NCBI RefSeq assembly: GCF_009914755.1
Contig: NC_060929.1
DNA: 64,000 nt
DNA from: the human T2T-CHM13v2.0 reference genome, Homo sapiens
Strand: one strand, 5' to 3'
This document shows, in pieces, positions 13,597-30,536 of this stretch. The notes under the pieces were generated by a model. The model ran no database searches, had not been told where the DNA came from, and worked only from the letters and a program-made list of their open reading frames with translations. The first letter of the stretch is position 1, and the number at the start of each line of letters is the position of its first letter. Position numbers and translations under genes: made by a program.

Positions 13597-13953
13597 GTAA
13601 GTGACGAGGACGAGGAGGACAGAAGGAACGGTCTGTGTGGGGTCCCTTCTTCATCCACAGCGTTCCCCAGCATTTACCTTCACAGCCGCCCAGGGTGGAA
13701 GGCAGCACCAGCAGGACCTGCTGGCCATTGCAGCTTCTTAACTGAAGGGATGCTGATTCGTTCCTCACCTCCCAGCCATCCGCTTTACAGATAGGAGAAA
13801 TGAGGTTGGAGAAATGGGGTTTTAAAAGACCTTATGACTTGGCCCAACTCACTGAGCTGGCTGGTAGCAGAGCCAGGACTGGGACTGAGACCTCCTGCCT
13901 CTCAGTGTGTTTGTTCATTGTTGCTGTGGCTTTTGTCTTTCCATCCCATCTAG

Positions 13954-14758
<805 letters not shown>

Positions 14759-14943
14759 TCAAACAATTGGCAGCTCTAGCTCTACATCCCTGCATGGCAG
14801 CAAAGCACTGGGCCTGTGCTCTAGAGCTCACCATAGGCCCCAGGGCAGCCAACAGCCACGTCCTGTGACTTTTAATGGAGAGAAGGAATGAGAGAGATGA
14901 GTGTGTTACTAATAGGTACTTCATATGCCCCTTTTCATTTCAG

Positions 14944-15030
14944 GTATGATGAGAAGAATAAGCAATTTGCAATATTAATCATCCAGCTGAGTAACCTTTC
15001 TGCTCTGTTGCAGCAACAAGACCAGAAAGT
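14944..15030 (+). CDS. WWC1: WWC1 coding exon 14 (YDEKNKQFAILIIQLSNLSALLQQQDQKV; C2 domain)
   Basis: ttttcatttcag|G and AAAGT|gtgagt; 87 nt. Confidence 0.96.
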
Positions 15031-16060
15031 GTGAGTATGTAGCTGGACAGGTGTATTTCATACCCTAACCCTCTGGAGTTACCCCTGGGGGTCACTTTTC
15101 TGCCCTGTCCTGATCCAGTTATGGGCCTTGTCAAGGCACTGTGGGTTTGTACTGCATATGACTGTGATGCTGAATGTCGGTGCTGTGCATGTGAATACAG
15201 GCACAACGGCAAGCACACCAACTGTAAAGACAAGCACTCTCTAGATGACTGTGTGAATTCCTGCCCCATTACGTGCTGAGCACCTGCTGCATGCCAGCTC
15301 TAGGAATGGGGTGGTGAGCAGATCCTTCCTGGGCCCTACCCTCCTGGACTTTGAGCCTCATGGAGAAGAATGGTCACAGTCTGTTTTATCTTCTCCTAAG
15401 CTCAAGTGTTTCTTGCAGAGAGAGATAGGTCTTCTGTTTCCAAGAGTCAACACCAGTCACTCTGCTTCTCTTGGAGGGGTGTGACTGCGTGTTACCTTGA
15501 TGCTGGTAGGATGCAAACACCTGCTCTGTCTGCCTGTGGGCTCCTCCCATGGTAGATGGGTTTATCCTTTATTGCACTCATCTGCCTCCAAGTTTTCTCT
15601 GATCGTAAGGCCTGGAGGGTGGCAACAGAAGCTTATGTGTCTGTGGTCTACACTCAGCCAGCCTGTGAGGGTGGCACATGTGGGAAGAAGAAAGGGCAGG
15701 AAGGCGGACAAAACGGAAGGAAGACAAGATGGGATGCTTGGGTCAATTTCAGTCTTCTGCCCACACAGACAGTGCCAGGCTGAATAGCCTCCTCCATAGC
15801 TCACTGGTACTCATGCAGGGGCATCTGTGGGATAATGCCTAGAAGTGAAGGGTCTGGACCAAAGGACAAATGCATCTGGAATTTTGTTCGATTTGTCAAA
15901 GTTCCTTCCAGTGTATAGGGGCCTGATTCCCCAGATTCCTCACTTCTACAAACTCTCATCCACTGTTGTTTGCTTAGGGATTTCAGCAGCTGTTTAGTCC
16001 AACATTTTAGCCCCAGACATGGGCTGACCCAAGATTTCCTGCGGTTCTGTCTCCCTCTAG

Positions 16061-16253
16061 GAATATCCGCGTGGCTGTCCTTCCTTGCTCTGAAAGCACA
16101 ACCTGCCTGTTCCGGACCCGGCCTCTGGACGCCTCAGACACTCTAGTGTTCAATGAGGTGTTCTGGGTATCCATTGCCTATCCAGCCCTTCACCAGAAGA
16201 CCTTAAGAGTCGATGTCTGTACCACCGACAGGAGCCATCTGGAAGAGTGCCTG
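16061..16253 (+). CDS. WWC1: WWC1 coding exon 15 ([22 protein letters not shown]...[31 protein letters not shown]; C2 domain)
   Basis: ctccctctag|G and TGCCTG|gtaagg; 193 nt. Confidence 0.97.
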
Positions 16254-16266
16254 GTAAGGGCCGTGT

Positions 16267-16305
<39 letters not shown>
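16267..16305 (+). repeat. (CTGG)~10 tetranucleotide STR 14 nt downstream of the exon 15 donor
   Basis: Perfect ctggctgg... tract, 39 nt. Confidence 0.95.
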
Positions 16306-16307
<2 letters not shown>

Positions 16308-16590
16308 CGGCCTTCTGTGTTTATGGGGATTGGTCTACCCTGAGCTTCAGGAAGAAGGTTCGAAGGAGACGCAGGTTGTGCTATCAATCAGGCTCATCTT
16401 GGATTCTAGGCAGCGAGGCTTCCACAGGTGAATGTTGTTCTCAGACTTAGGGTGGGAGGGAAGGAGCTCTTTCACAAGAGGAAGAGTAATGGACCTGAAA
16501 GTGCCTTTTAAAACTGCCAGAACCTGGAAAAAGCCACATACTGCAGCTTTACTATACAGCATGAGAGATTAGATAAGAAGCACAGACTAT

Positions 16591-19500
16591 GGCTGTGTGG
16601 TGGCTTATATCTGTAATCCCAACCCTTTGGGAGGCCAAGGCCAGAGGATCACTCAAGTGCAGGAGTTCGAAAGCAGCCTGGGCAACACAGCAAGACCCCA
16701 TCTCTACAAAAAATAAAATTAGCCAGGCATAGTGGTGCATGCTTGTAGTCCTAGCTACTCTGGAGGTTGAGATGGGAGGATCCCTTGAGCTGCAGTGAGC
16801 TGATCATGCCGCAGCATTCTGGCCTGGGCAACAGCAGAACCCTGTGTCAAAAAAAAAAAAAAAAAAGCACAGAGTAATGAAAGCAAACACATAGGCATTC
16901 ACATCCCACCTTTACCACTTGCTGTATAGCTGGATGACCTTGGGCAAGGTACTTAACATCTCTGATCCTCATTTTTCTTATCCCTAAAATGCAAATGATA
17001 ATGCCTCCATCATGCCCACTGGAAGAATCTTTATAAGGATTGAGATAGCACCCGTAAAACACCTATTCAAGTGTCTGATCCACAGTGGGTTCTCGTTTAG
17101 TGGGGCCATTGCCAGCCTCCTCCCTGAAACTGACCTTCTCCGGCTTCCATCTCTCACTGCATTGGCAGGAGTCAGGACTGGGGATGAAGTAGCCCAAGTA
17201 CATTTTGTCCTAAGAGACAGGCAGACCCAAGTGCAGACAGATACTCAGCTTTCCCATCTGTAGAAGGGGGATTTATATAATAGCTAACTCGGGCTTGTGA
17301 TGTACAAGTGAATTAGAAGAAGTAAAGGGCTTTGTTAACCCTGATGCCATTTAGTGTTAGAATATTTTAATGATAACTCAACTGTGGGCACAAAGGAGCC
17401 CAAGTGTGGGCATTATACCTAGAAGGTCGCTCCACTCATGCTCAGATCTGTACTGGGAGCTTGTTGTGTCCCCACCCCTGTGTCTGGGGCTGGGGATTCA
17501 ATGGGGAACCAAACAGACAAGGTGCCAGCATTGATGGCTAAGATGTAAACAAACTGTGAGGAGGGCCGTGTTGGAAATGGATGGGTTGAAGTGATGGAGG
17601 AAAATGTGGGGTATGTGCAAAGGGGAAAAACAAGATGTATACACCTCTCCGAGCCTCTCCTGCCTCCATTTCTGGAAGCTGGAATGTAGAGCCTCTCACT
17701 GCCTTCTTGGAGGGCTCGCCCCTTTCTCCTGCTGTAAATCACAGACCTTTGCCCAGAGAAGGGAATCTCTTTGCTCTCCATCCTTGCCTTGATCTGCATG
17801 CGCTATAAAACCCTTCTCTATCATGGCATTGTGGGGCCACATCCTTGGATTGTGGCCTGGGGCTGTCACCAGCCTTGCCCTTCCAGCTGTGTCTCCTCAC
17901 AGTCTTCAATTCTTAGTCTCAGTTCCCTTATCTGTAAAATCTGGCTCATACTGCCTTCCTGGAGGTGGTTCTCTGAAGACTAACTAAGGCGCTGAAGCAG
18001 CGCTTCAAACTGTGCCATGCACACAAGTTACCTGGAGCTCTGGCTAAATGCAGATTCTGATTCAGCAAGTCTGGAGCAGAACCTGAGATTCTGCATTTCT
18101 AATAAGCTCCCAGGTGAGGCCAATGCTGCTGGTTCCTGGATCACACTTTGGGTAGCAAGAATGTAGAGCAGCAAAGTGTTTGCAGTTTGTGCTCACTGGA
18201 TATCGGTTCCCATCTCTCCTTCTTAGCTGGGTACAACACAGCATCACTGCTATTGATGTTGTTACTGACAATAATGCAGTAGTTAATACCAGTAGGTTGC
18301 AGTTTATATGGCAGGCACTGAGTTAAGCTCTTTACATGCATTATCTGTTTTTTTTATTTTAGACTGAGTCCTGCTCTCAGTCTCTGGAGTGCAGTGGCGT
18401 GATCTTGGCTCACTGAAACCTTCACCTCCTAGATTCAAGCAATTCTCCTGCCTTAGACTCCAGAGTAGCTGGGACTACAAGCGCCCACCACCACACCCGG
18501 CTAATTTTTGTATTTTTAGTAGAGGCGGGGTTTTGCCATGTTGGCCAGGCTGATCTTGAACTCCTGACCTCAAGTGATCTGCCTGTCTCCACCTCCCAAA
18601 GTTCTGGGATTACAGGTGTGAGCCACCACCCCAGCCCATTATCTCTATTGATCCTCACTCCAACCTTGCAAAATAGGTAGCGTATTCCAGTGGAGAAACT
18701 GAGGCACAAAGAGGTGAAAGACCTTTCCTGTCACAGTTAGGAAAGTGGCAGAAGCCGTATTTGAACCCCAGCAGGTCTCCCTCTGAAGTCCACACACGTC
18801 AGCGCCTCTGTGTTGTCTCTTTGCCAGCACAGGGCTCCCTGGAGCCCAGAGGTGGGGGTGGTGACTTGAAGGGGTTGGCAAGCCTGGGCTCCTCCAGCGA
18901 AGCATTCCCTTGGCCCTGGGCATTCCTAAGCGAGAAGAGGCTCAATCCTATTTTCTTCTCCTAATTGGATGCCTTTTATTCCTCCTTCCTAATTGAAGTC
19001 TGGTCATTGCTGGTTGCCATGGCAGCAGCCAAAGCGCTCATCTCACTGTGGCTTGTCTCTGCCTGCGGCCAATGGGAAACCTCCTTTCCCATATACGGTG
19101 GGGACATGGAGTGTCAGGCTGTCGTATTCTGGTGGCTGGAGGAGGAGAGGAAGTGAGATGGGAGGAAAAAGGGCCTGTCCTCTCCCACGCAGAGACTCCG
19201 GACAGCAGGATGTGTGGAATCCCCAGTCTGTTTTCAGCCAGGCAGCAACAGCATCTGTACTGAGTTGAGTCTATGTGTCTACCAGTGGGCTAAGAACTTC
19301 ATGTGCAGTATCTCATTTAATCTTCGTGATGGCCCCAGGAAGATAAGGGATCAAGGCCCAGAAAAGCTAAGTAAGCTGCCAGGTCATCCAAGGAGAAAAT
19401 GGCAAAGCCTGGATTTGAACAGAGACTCCAGCTTCCTTATGTGTAGCCATCTCACCATGCTACTTCTCAGGGGGTTACTATGAGTGTCTCTCATGTCCCC

Positions 19501-20948
19501 AGACCCAGATTACAGGTTTGGAGGAATACACAGCCCACCTTCCCAATATCGCAGGCAACAGTTCCACCAAATGCCCTGCATGGCATCACAGGGAGCCTAG
19601 TTGCCCACTGCTCTACTGCTGAGCTCAATGCCACCCAGCCCGGGCTCTCTCGAGCTAGCCTGCTTCTCAGGCCCCACTGACGTCCCATGGTTCACCATTA
19701 CAACCGTTCCCTTGCCTCCTCTCACTTTGGCATACTAACTTGGCAAAACCCAGCCCTGTCAAAGTGAACTCTCCACCCCCTCCTCTCCAACTGAGCAACT
19801 GGAAAAAAAAATGCACACAACCACGCTGTATGGTATCATTTGGAAATGGTGATCACTCACTTCCCATGAGCCCTCAATGCTGCCCAGAAATTATACTGTA
19901 TCTCCCTGGACCATTTACTCACCCACTCATCACAATGACTAATTCATACTTCTCTCAGGGAGAGAAGAGAGGACAGACTCAGAAGAGGGCCCCCACACCA
20001 TATCTGGCTGTTCTTGTAGGTTCTGCCATTTCCCTGGCTTCTGAGGGTGGGCCTTCTGCACTCCTGTCTGAGGCCACCACCCCCATTTTCTTGCAAGGAC
20101 ATTACTCCAGCAGCCATTCCGCTCTTTCCTCTATCTTCAATTTTCCCTCCTCCACTGGATCCAGCCTATCAGTATATCATCATGCTGTTATTTCTCCCAT
20201 GCTCAAAACAAAACAAAAAAATTTTTTTTGACAGAGGATCTTGCTTTGTTGCCCAGGCTGGAGTGCAGTGCTGTGAACTCAGCTCACAGCAGCCTTGACC
20301 TTCTGGGCTCAAGTGATCCTCCCACTTCAGCCTCTCCCATAGCTGGGACTACAGGCACATGCCACCATGGCCGGCTAATTTTTGTATTTTTTGTAGAGAT
20401 GGGGTCTCACTATGTTGCCCAGGCTGGTCTTGAACTCCTGGGCTCAGGCAGTCCTCCCGCCTCAGCCTCTCAAAGGGCTGGGGTTTACAGGCGTGAGCCA
20501 CCACACCCGACCTAAAACTTTTTTCACCCCATTTCCACTTCCAACTACTACATTGTTTCTTTCCCTTTCTTTATAGAAAAACTTGAAAGAGGTGTTCCCT
20601 TCCTCTCTGTAACCCAATCCATGTGGACTTTGGCCCTCATCTTTCTTTTTTCTTTTTTTTTATTTTTGAGACAGAGTCTGTTGCCCAGACTGAAGGGCAA
20701 TGGCGTGATCTTGGCTCACTGCAACCTCCGCTTCCCGGGTCCAAACCATTCTCCTGCCTCAGCCTCCCAAGTAGCTGGGACTATAGGCACGCGCCACCAC
20801 ACCTGGCTAATTTTTGTATTTTTATTAGAGATGGGGTTTCCCCATGTTGGCCACGCTGGTCTCAAACTTCTGACCTCAAGCGATCCACCCACCTTGTCCT
20901 CCGAAAGTGGTGGGATTACAGACGTGAGCCACCGTGCCTGGCCTGGCC
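16591..20948. mobile_element. Intron 15 Alus: sense 16591-16866; antisense 18348-18636, 20222-20512 and 20641-20948
   Basis: Alu consensus matches. Confidence 0.9.
17998..18160. mobile_element. MER5A-type hAT-Charlie relic
   Basis: atgcagattctgattcagcaagtctgg...ctgagattctgcatttctaataagctcccaggtga. Confidence 0.75.
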
Positions 20949-21049
20949 CTCATCTTTGTACCGAGGGTGTGCTCTTCATGTTCCTCAGTGAGCTCCTTGT
21001 TACCAGACCAGAGGCCAGCTCTCCATCTTCCTTCTGGACCTGCCAGCTA

Positions 21050-22460
21050 CATTTGCCACAGTTGCTGACTCCACCTCCTTCAACATCCTTTGCCCTTGCT
21101 TGGCCTCCTGGTTACCTCGCTCTTCCAGTGTTCTCCCCTCACCTCTAGCATGTTGGTCTCCTTTGCTGATTCTTCCTCATTTCCCTGACCTCCCTATATC
21201 AGAGGGCCCAGGGCTGGGTCCTTGATCCTCCCCTTTTCTACTCATTTCCTTGGTGATCTCATTTTATCTCCCAGCTGCAAACCCATCCCAAGTGCAGGGC
21301 TCCAGCATGGGCCTCCGCACTCGCCTCGAATCTTGTATCTCCACTGCCTGTTCTGCATCTTCACTTAAACGTAAAATAGGACCTCAAACGAACATGGCCA
21401 CAAGAATGCCCCTGACCTTTCATCCTGTGTCTCCGCTGTCTCAGCCGATGGCAATCTCATTCTTCCATTGCTCAGGCCAGACACCTTGCAATCATCCTTA
21501 ACCCCTCTCTTTCCCTCACCCCATCCTCTTAGCTCCACCTTCAAAAGAACCCTAGATTCCACTTCTCACCACTTCCCCAGACCCAAGCCACTGTCTTCCC
21601 TTACCTGGATGATGGCAGCCATCTCCTACTTGGTTTCCCGGCTTCTGTCCTTTTCCCCTTCCTCTTTTTTCAACAGAGTAGCCAGACTAATCCTGTTTAA
21701 ATGTAAATCAGTGCATGCCATTCTTTTGCTAAAACCTTATGATGGCATATGTCTCCACCTAGAGTCAACACCTGTGTCCTTTGCCTGGCCTCCAAGGCCC
21801 CTTGGGATTTGGCCACTTATTAAAATCTCTGGGATTATATCCCCAAAACTCTTCCTCCAGCCTCGTGTTCCTTGAATACACACACCAACATGTGCTCCCC
21901 TCCGGGCCTTTGCACTTGCTGTGTCCTCTGCCTGGCATTCTGTCCTCCCAGGTGCTCCCTCACCTCCTTCTGGACTTTATTCAAATGTCACCTTCTCTGT
22001 GAGGTCTTCCACCCTATATAAATCCCATTACCCTCTCTGCTGTCTTATCCCCTCCTAGCCCCTTTCCCTGTAGTATTTTCCCTACAGCACCTTTTATCAC
22101 CTAACATTTCACTGTACGTCATAGATTCTAGGGTACATGTTATCTCTACATTTTACTTCTGAAATCAAGATGCACTATGTACTAGATGACAGGTTATAGT
22201 TTCATTGGCAACTATTTCTCTTTCTTGGTGCATAAAATAATGGTACACTTTTAAATGATGGCATCTTAGATTCGATGAAACACAGTGTGGAGTTTACCTA
22301 TGGAGTTGTTATCTGATCCCCCTAGATGCAAATATAAGGTCATGGGGCAGGAATATTTATCTGCCTTCAATTCTGCTCTATCTCCAGCACCCAGAACAGT
22401 GCCTGGCACATAAGACTTCTCAGCAGATTTTTGTGTGTTGAATAAATGAATGAATGAATA
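21050..22460 (+). mobile_element. L2 3' fragment interrupted by a MER104-like TcMar element (~22112-22285)
   Basis: L2 motifs gcctttgcacttgctgt..., cagtgcctggcacata...tgttgaataaatgaatgaatgaa; internal element ends gcatcttagattcgatgaaa. Confidence 0.65.
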
Positions 22461-23032
22461 CGTAAATGCCCTCAAAAGTGCATCCAGTTTACTGAGGTAG
22501 ACAATACTCACACCTGTGAGCCCGCCCCAGATAAACAGTATATCTTGTTAGAATTAATAATAATCTGCTGGAGGTGTTACACCTCAAAGCTGTGATCCTG
22601 GTCTTTTCCCCTCATACCTCACACATGGCCTGGCATGTTCTGAACTGTAATATCCAAATAGCTGTCTATCCCCCTAGGAAACCACGAGACCCGTTTTGGG
22701 GAAGAATCATGTCTTACATGCTTCTGTGGCTCCAGAGTCTGCGAAGGGCTTAGGGAGTTTTTACTGAATGAATAAATAAGTATTAGACAAATATTTGTAT
22801 ATATGTACATTTATTCTGGGTGTCTGAAGTGTGCCAAGCATTTAATTACCTCTGATCCTCCCAATAGGCTGGTAGGTAGGAGTGATTTTCCCTGTTTTCC
22901 AGATGAGGAAGCTGGTGCTAAACAAGTGAAGTGTCAGCATTGTGCTTTCTTCCTTTCCCCACTCAACACCGTGCTCTCAGAAACCACCTTTCACTGTCCC
23001 AGACCTAGCACAGCCCTGCCACGTTCCAGTGC

Positions 23033-23380
23033 ATCTTGATGAATTGTAGCCCCCATAATCCCCATGTGTTGTGGGAGGGACCTGGTGGGAGGTAATTGAA
23101 TCATGGGGGCTGTTACCCCCATGCTGCTGTTCTCATGATAGTGAGTGTGTTCTCATGAGATCTGATGGTTATATAAGGGGCTTTTCCCACTTTTGTTCGG
23201 CACTTCTCTTTGCTGCCACCATGTGAAGAAGGAAGTGTTTGCTTCCCCTTCTGCCATGATTATAAGTTTCCTGAGGCCTCCCCAGCCATGCTGAACTGTG
23301 AGTCAACTAAACCTCTTTCTTTTATAAATGACTCAGTCTCGGGTATGCCTTTATTAGCAGCATGAGAACGGATTAATACA
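23033..23380 (+). mobile_element. THE1 (ERVL-MaLR) solo LTR, 5'-truncated
   Basis: cccataatccccatgtgttgtgggagggacctggtgggagg...ttcctgaggcctccccagccatg...ttattagcagcatgagaacggattaataca. Confidence 0.88.
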
Positions 23381-24140
23381 CTTGGCTACAGGTCCATTTT
23401 GCAAACTGGCATTTGGTATTTCTACCACCCATCAGCACAGAGTCTGGGTAGCCCTTCCACCCACCGACACTGGTGTGTTAGGGGAAGGTGAGCTGACCAC
23501 CTTCCCAAACCTGACCAGGGCTCATTTTTGCACATGTCGAAACAATAAAGCCTCTGAGGAATGATTAATTAGTTTGTAGTAATTTCTAGGAAGGCTGTAG
23601 GGGAAAAAAAAAACAGTAAAAATATTAAGTCACTTGAAATAATCCCCTTCTCTGTGAGCTTATAGTCAGTCAGGTTAGTTTGTTATAGTTTGTTTTTATT
23701 TTAAGGGATATATTTACATAATTCAAAGAAAAATTGTATGGAAAGGTTTACTGAAGAGAAATCATGCTCTTTCCCCACCCCAGCCTCACCACCTATCCTA
23801 TATAGGTGACCACTTTGATTAATTTCTTTTTCATCTTTCCATTATTTCTTGTGCACATATGATCATGGTCACTCCCCCTGGCACCTCAAGCATGGTGCAA
23901 TATGTAGATAGACTATAGACACAGATATACTTACCCCACTCTCTTGCACAAAAGGTAGCATATTATATATTCTTTTCTGCACCATGCTATTTTCTTCCCT
24001 TAACAATATAGCCTGGCCATCTCTCTGCATCAGTAAAAAGAGATCTTCCTCTTTTTTACATGACTATATAATATTCCATTGTATGGATAGATTATAGTTC
24101 TTTTAGTCTGTTCCCTGTTGCTGGACCTTTGGGTCATTTA

Positions 24141-24451
<311 letters not shown>

Positions 24452-24909
24452 ATCTTTCGCTATTACAAAGAGGGTCAGAATGAAGACTCTTGTTTGTGGG
24501 TCGTTTTGTACTTGTGCAGGTTTCTGCAGGTGTATCTGTGGGATAGACAGCTACAAGGAGAATTATTCGGTCGAAGGGTAAAATGCATTTATATTTTTGC
24601 TAGATATGACTAAATTCCTTCCGTCGGGTTTCTGCCATTTTACATTTCGACGAGCAAGGTGAGAGAGGGCCTATTTCCCCATAACCTCACCAATGGCATT
24701 TGTTGTCAATTTTTTAAACTTTTGCAAATTTAGTGGAGAAGAAATGATACACAGTTTTCTACCTCACTTGGAATTAATTACTTGTTCAGTTCCTGAGTTC
24801 CTTGGGAGAGTGCTGGCTCCCAGAAGGTGGAACCAGGTGGGGACCATCATTATCCTCAGTACCTAACACAGAACCTAGTGCTTAATATAAGTAACACAGA
24901 ATGGGTATT

Positions 24910-26255
24910 CAACAACAAAAAAATCAACCCAATTTGAAAAGGGGAAAGGACTTGAATAGACATTTCTCCAAAATTAATATACAAATGGCCAATATGCATG
25001 TGAAAAGATGTTCAACATTACTAGTTATCAGAGCAATGCAAATCAAAACCACAATGAGATACCACCTCACACATATTTGGATGATGGCTATCCAAAAACC
25101 ACACAAAATAACTAGTGTTGGTGAAGATGTAGAGAAATTGGAACTCGTGTGCATTGTTGGTGGGATTATAAGCACTCCCTTAGCAAGTCTTAAGGTAAAC
25201 AGTGTAGTAGTTCCACTAAAAAATTAAAAATGTAACTACCATATGACCTAGCAATTGTACTTCTGGGCATATATTCAGGAGAATTGAAAGCAGGGTTTTG
25301 TTGTTGTTGTTGTTGTTGTTGTTTTGTTTTGTTTTGTTTTTGAGGCAGAGTTTTGTTCTTGTTGCCCAGGCTGGAGTGCAATGGCACGATCTCATCTCAC
25401 CTGCAACCTCCATCTCCTGAGTTCAAACAATTCTCCTGCCCCAGCCTCCCGAGTAGCTGGGATTACAGGCATACGCCACCACGCTCGGCTAATTTTGTAT
25501 TTTTAGTAGAAATGGGGTTTCTCCATGTTGGTCAGGCTGGTCTCGATCTCCCGACCTCAGATGATCCACCCACCTCAGCCTCCCAAAGTGCTGGGATTAC
25601 AGGCGTGAGCCACCGCGCCCGGCCTGAAAGCAGGTTCTTAAAGAATTACTTGTACACTCATGTTCATGGCAACACTGCTCACAATAGTGAAGAGGTAGAA
25701 GTAACCCAAATGTCCATCAACAGATGGCTGGATAAGCAAAATGTAGCATACCCATACAGTGGAATATTATTCAGCCTTAAAAAGAAAGGGGGATCTCTTA
25801 GCCCAGGAGTTCGAGATTACAGTGAGGTATGACCGCATCACCGCACTCCAGCCTGGGCAACAGAGTGAGACCCTACCTCCAAAATAACAGCAACAAAAAA
25901 GGAATACAATTCTGATACATGCTGCGACACAGGTGGACCTTGAAGGCATTGTTAAGTTCAATAAGCCAGTCACAAAAAGACAAATGCTATATGATTCCAA
26001 TTATATGAGGTATCGAAAGTCATCAAATTCATAGAAACAGAAAATATAGTGGTGGTTACCAGGAGCTGTGGGGAAGGGGAAAAAGAGGTTGTTGCTTAGT
26101 AAGTGTAGAGTTTCAGATTTGCAAGATGAGAATGTTCAGTAGATCTCTTTTGCAACAATGTGCGTAATGTTTAATACCACTGAACTGTGCACTTAAAAGC
26201 GGCAAAGATGGTAAACTAAAGGTTTTTTTATCACAGTTTTTTTAATTAAAAAAAT
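24910..26255 (+). mobile_element. L1M 3' end (ORF2 tail and 3' UTR), interrupted by an antisense AluSp (25296-25624) and an Alu fragment (~25790-25900)
   Basis: ORF 24901-25227 reads KDLNRHFSK...[12 protein letters not shown], the L1 ORF2 C-terminus. Confidence 0.88.
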
Positions 26256-26489
26256 TCGTAGGATAAGTCTTCAATAAAGATTTGGCAAATGATTAAACCA
26301 ATCAATCAATGAATGAATGAACAAATGAGCTAATTGGAAATGTTAACAACTTGGCCTCTCTTCCTGCCGGGATGCCTACCTCTCATCTGGAGTGGTGTTT
26401 TTTCCATACTGTCCTCTTGAACCAAATTCCCTGACACCTGGTGTCCCCCCCACCGCCACTTATGTTCTCCTTGTTTCCATCCCCAACAG

Positions 26490-26642
26490 GGAGGCGCCCA
26501 GATCAGCCTGGCGGAGGTCTGCCGGTCTGGGGAGAGGTCGACTCGCTGGTACAACCTTCTCAGCTACAAATACTTGAAGAAGCAGAGCAGGGAGCTCAAG
26601 CCAGTGGGAGTTATGGCCCCTGCCTCAGGGCCTGCCAGCACG
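26490..26642 (+). CDS. WWC1: WWC1 coding exon 16 ([51 protein letters not shown]; end of C2 domain)
   Basis: ccccaacag|GGA and AGCACG|gtgagc; 153 nt. Confidence 0.96.
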
Positions 26643-27088
26643 GTGAGCTGGGACCAGGTGTGCCACCTTCCCACAAGGCCGCACCCGGATGTTGGAAGGG
26701 AAAGCCTCTCCCAGAACTGGAGGTGATCAGGCATCATGAGAGGAGAACAATGCGGTGGAGGAAGTAGGAGAAGAAGACAGGGAAGGAGAGATCTCCACTA
26801 AGGGGCAGGCGGCTCCCTTTCTGCAACTTGTTCTCTTCCACATCTGTGTTTCCTCCTTCTGTCCTTTGCCCTACCTAATACCACTTGGCTAACGAAAACC
26901 TTAATTCATGATTTTTTACAAATGAAGTGGAGAAGAAGGTAAAAAACTGTGGAAGGAAAAAGATTAACCTTTCTTGGGCCCCTACTTTGTTCAAGGTCCA
27001 TACTGGAGGCTTTGTATAAGAGGCAGCTAGAAATCATGGGAAGAGAATCAGAGGGCTAGGTCAGTCATATCACCTCTCTGAGCTTTCA

Positions 27089-30536
<3,448 letters not shown>

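Noticed and set aside
18903-18926. Paired CATTCC (TEAD-like) motifs; also scattered AP-1 and CTCF-like motifs (e.g. ~44669)
   Set aside because: Short motifs at about background frequency; cannot be supported without ChIP data, even though WWC1 is a YAP/TEAD feedback target
18965-19156. 63-aa ORF with a hydrophobic, signal-peptide-like segment in intron 15
   Set aside because: Short, non-ATG annotated start, no recognisable homology or exon structure; within chance expectation
24901-25227. 108-aa ORF similar to the LINE-1 ORF2 C-terminus
   Set aside because: Decayed L1M fragment with no intact RT or endonuclease
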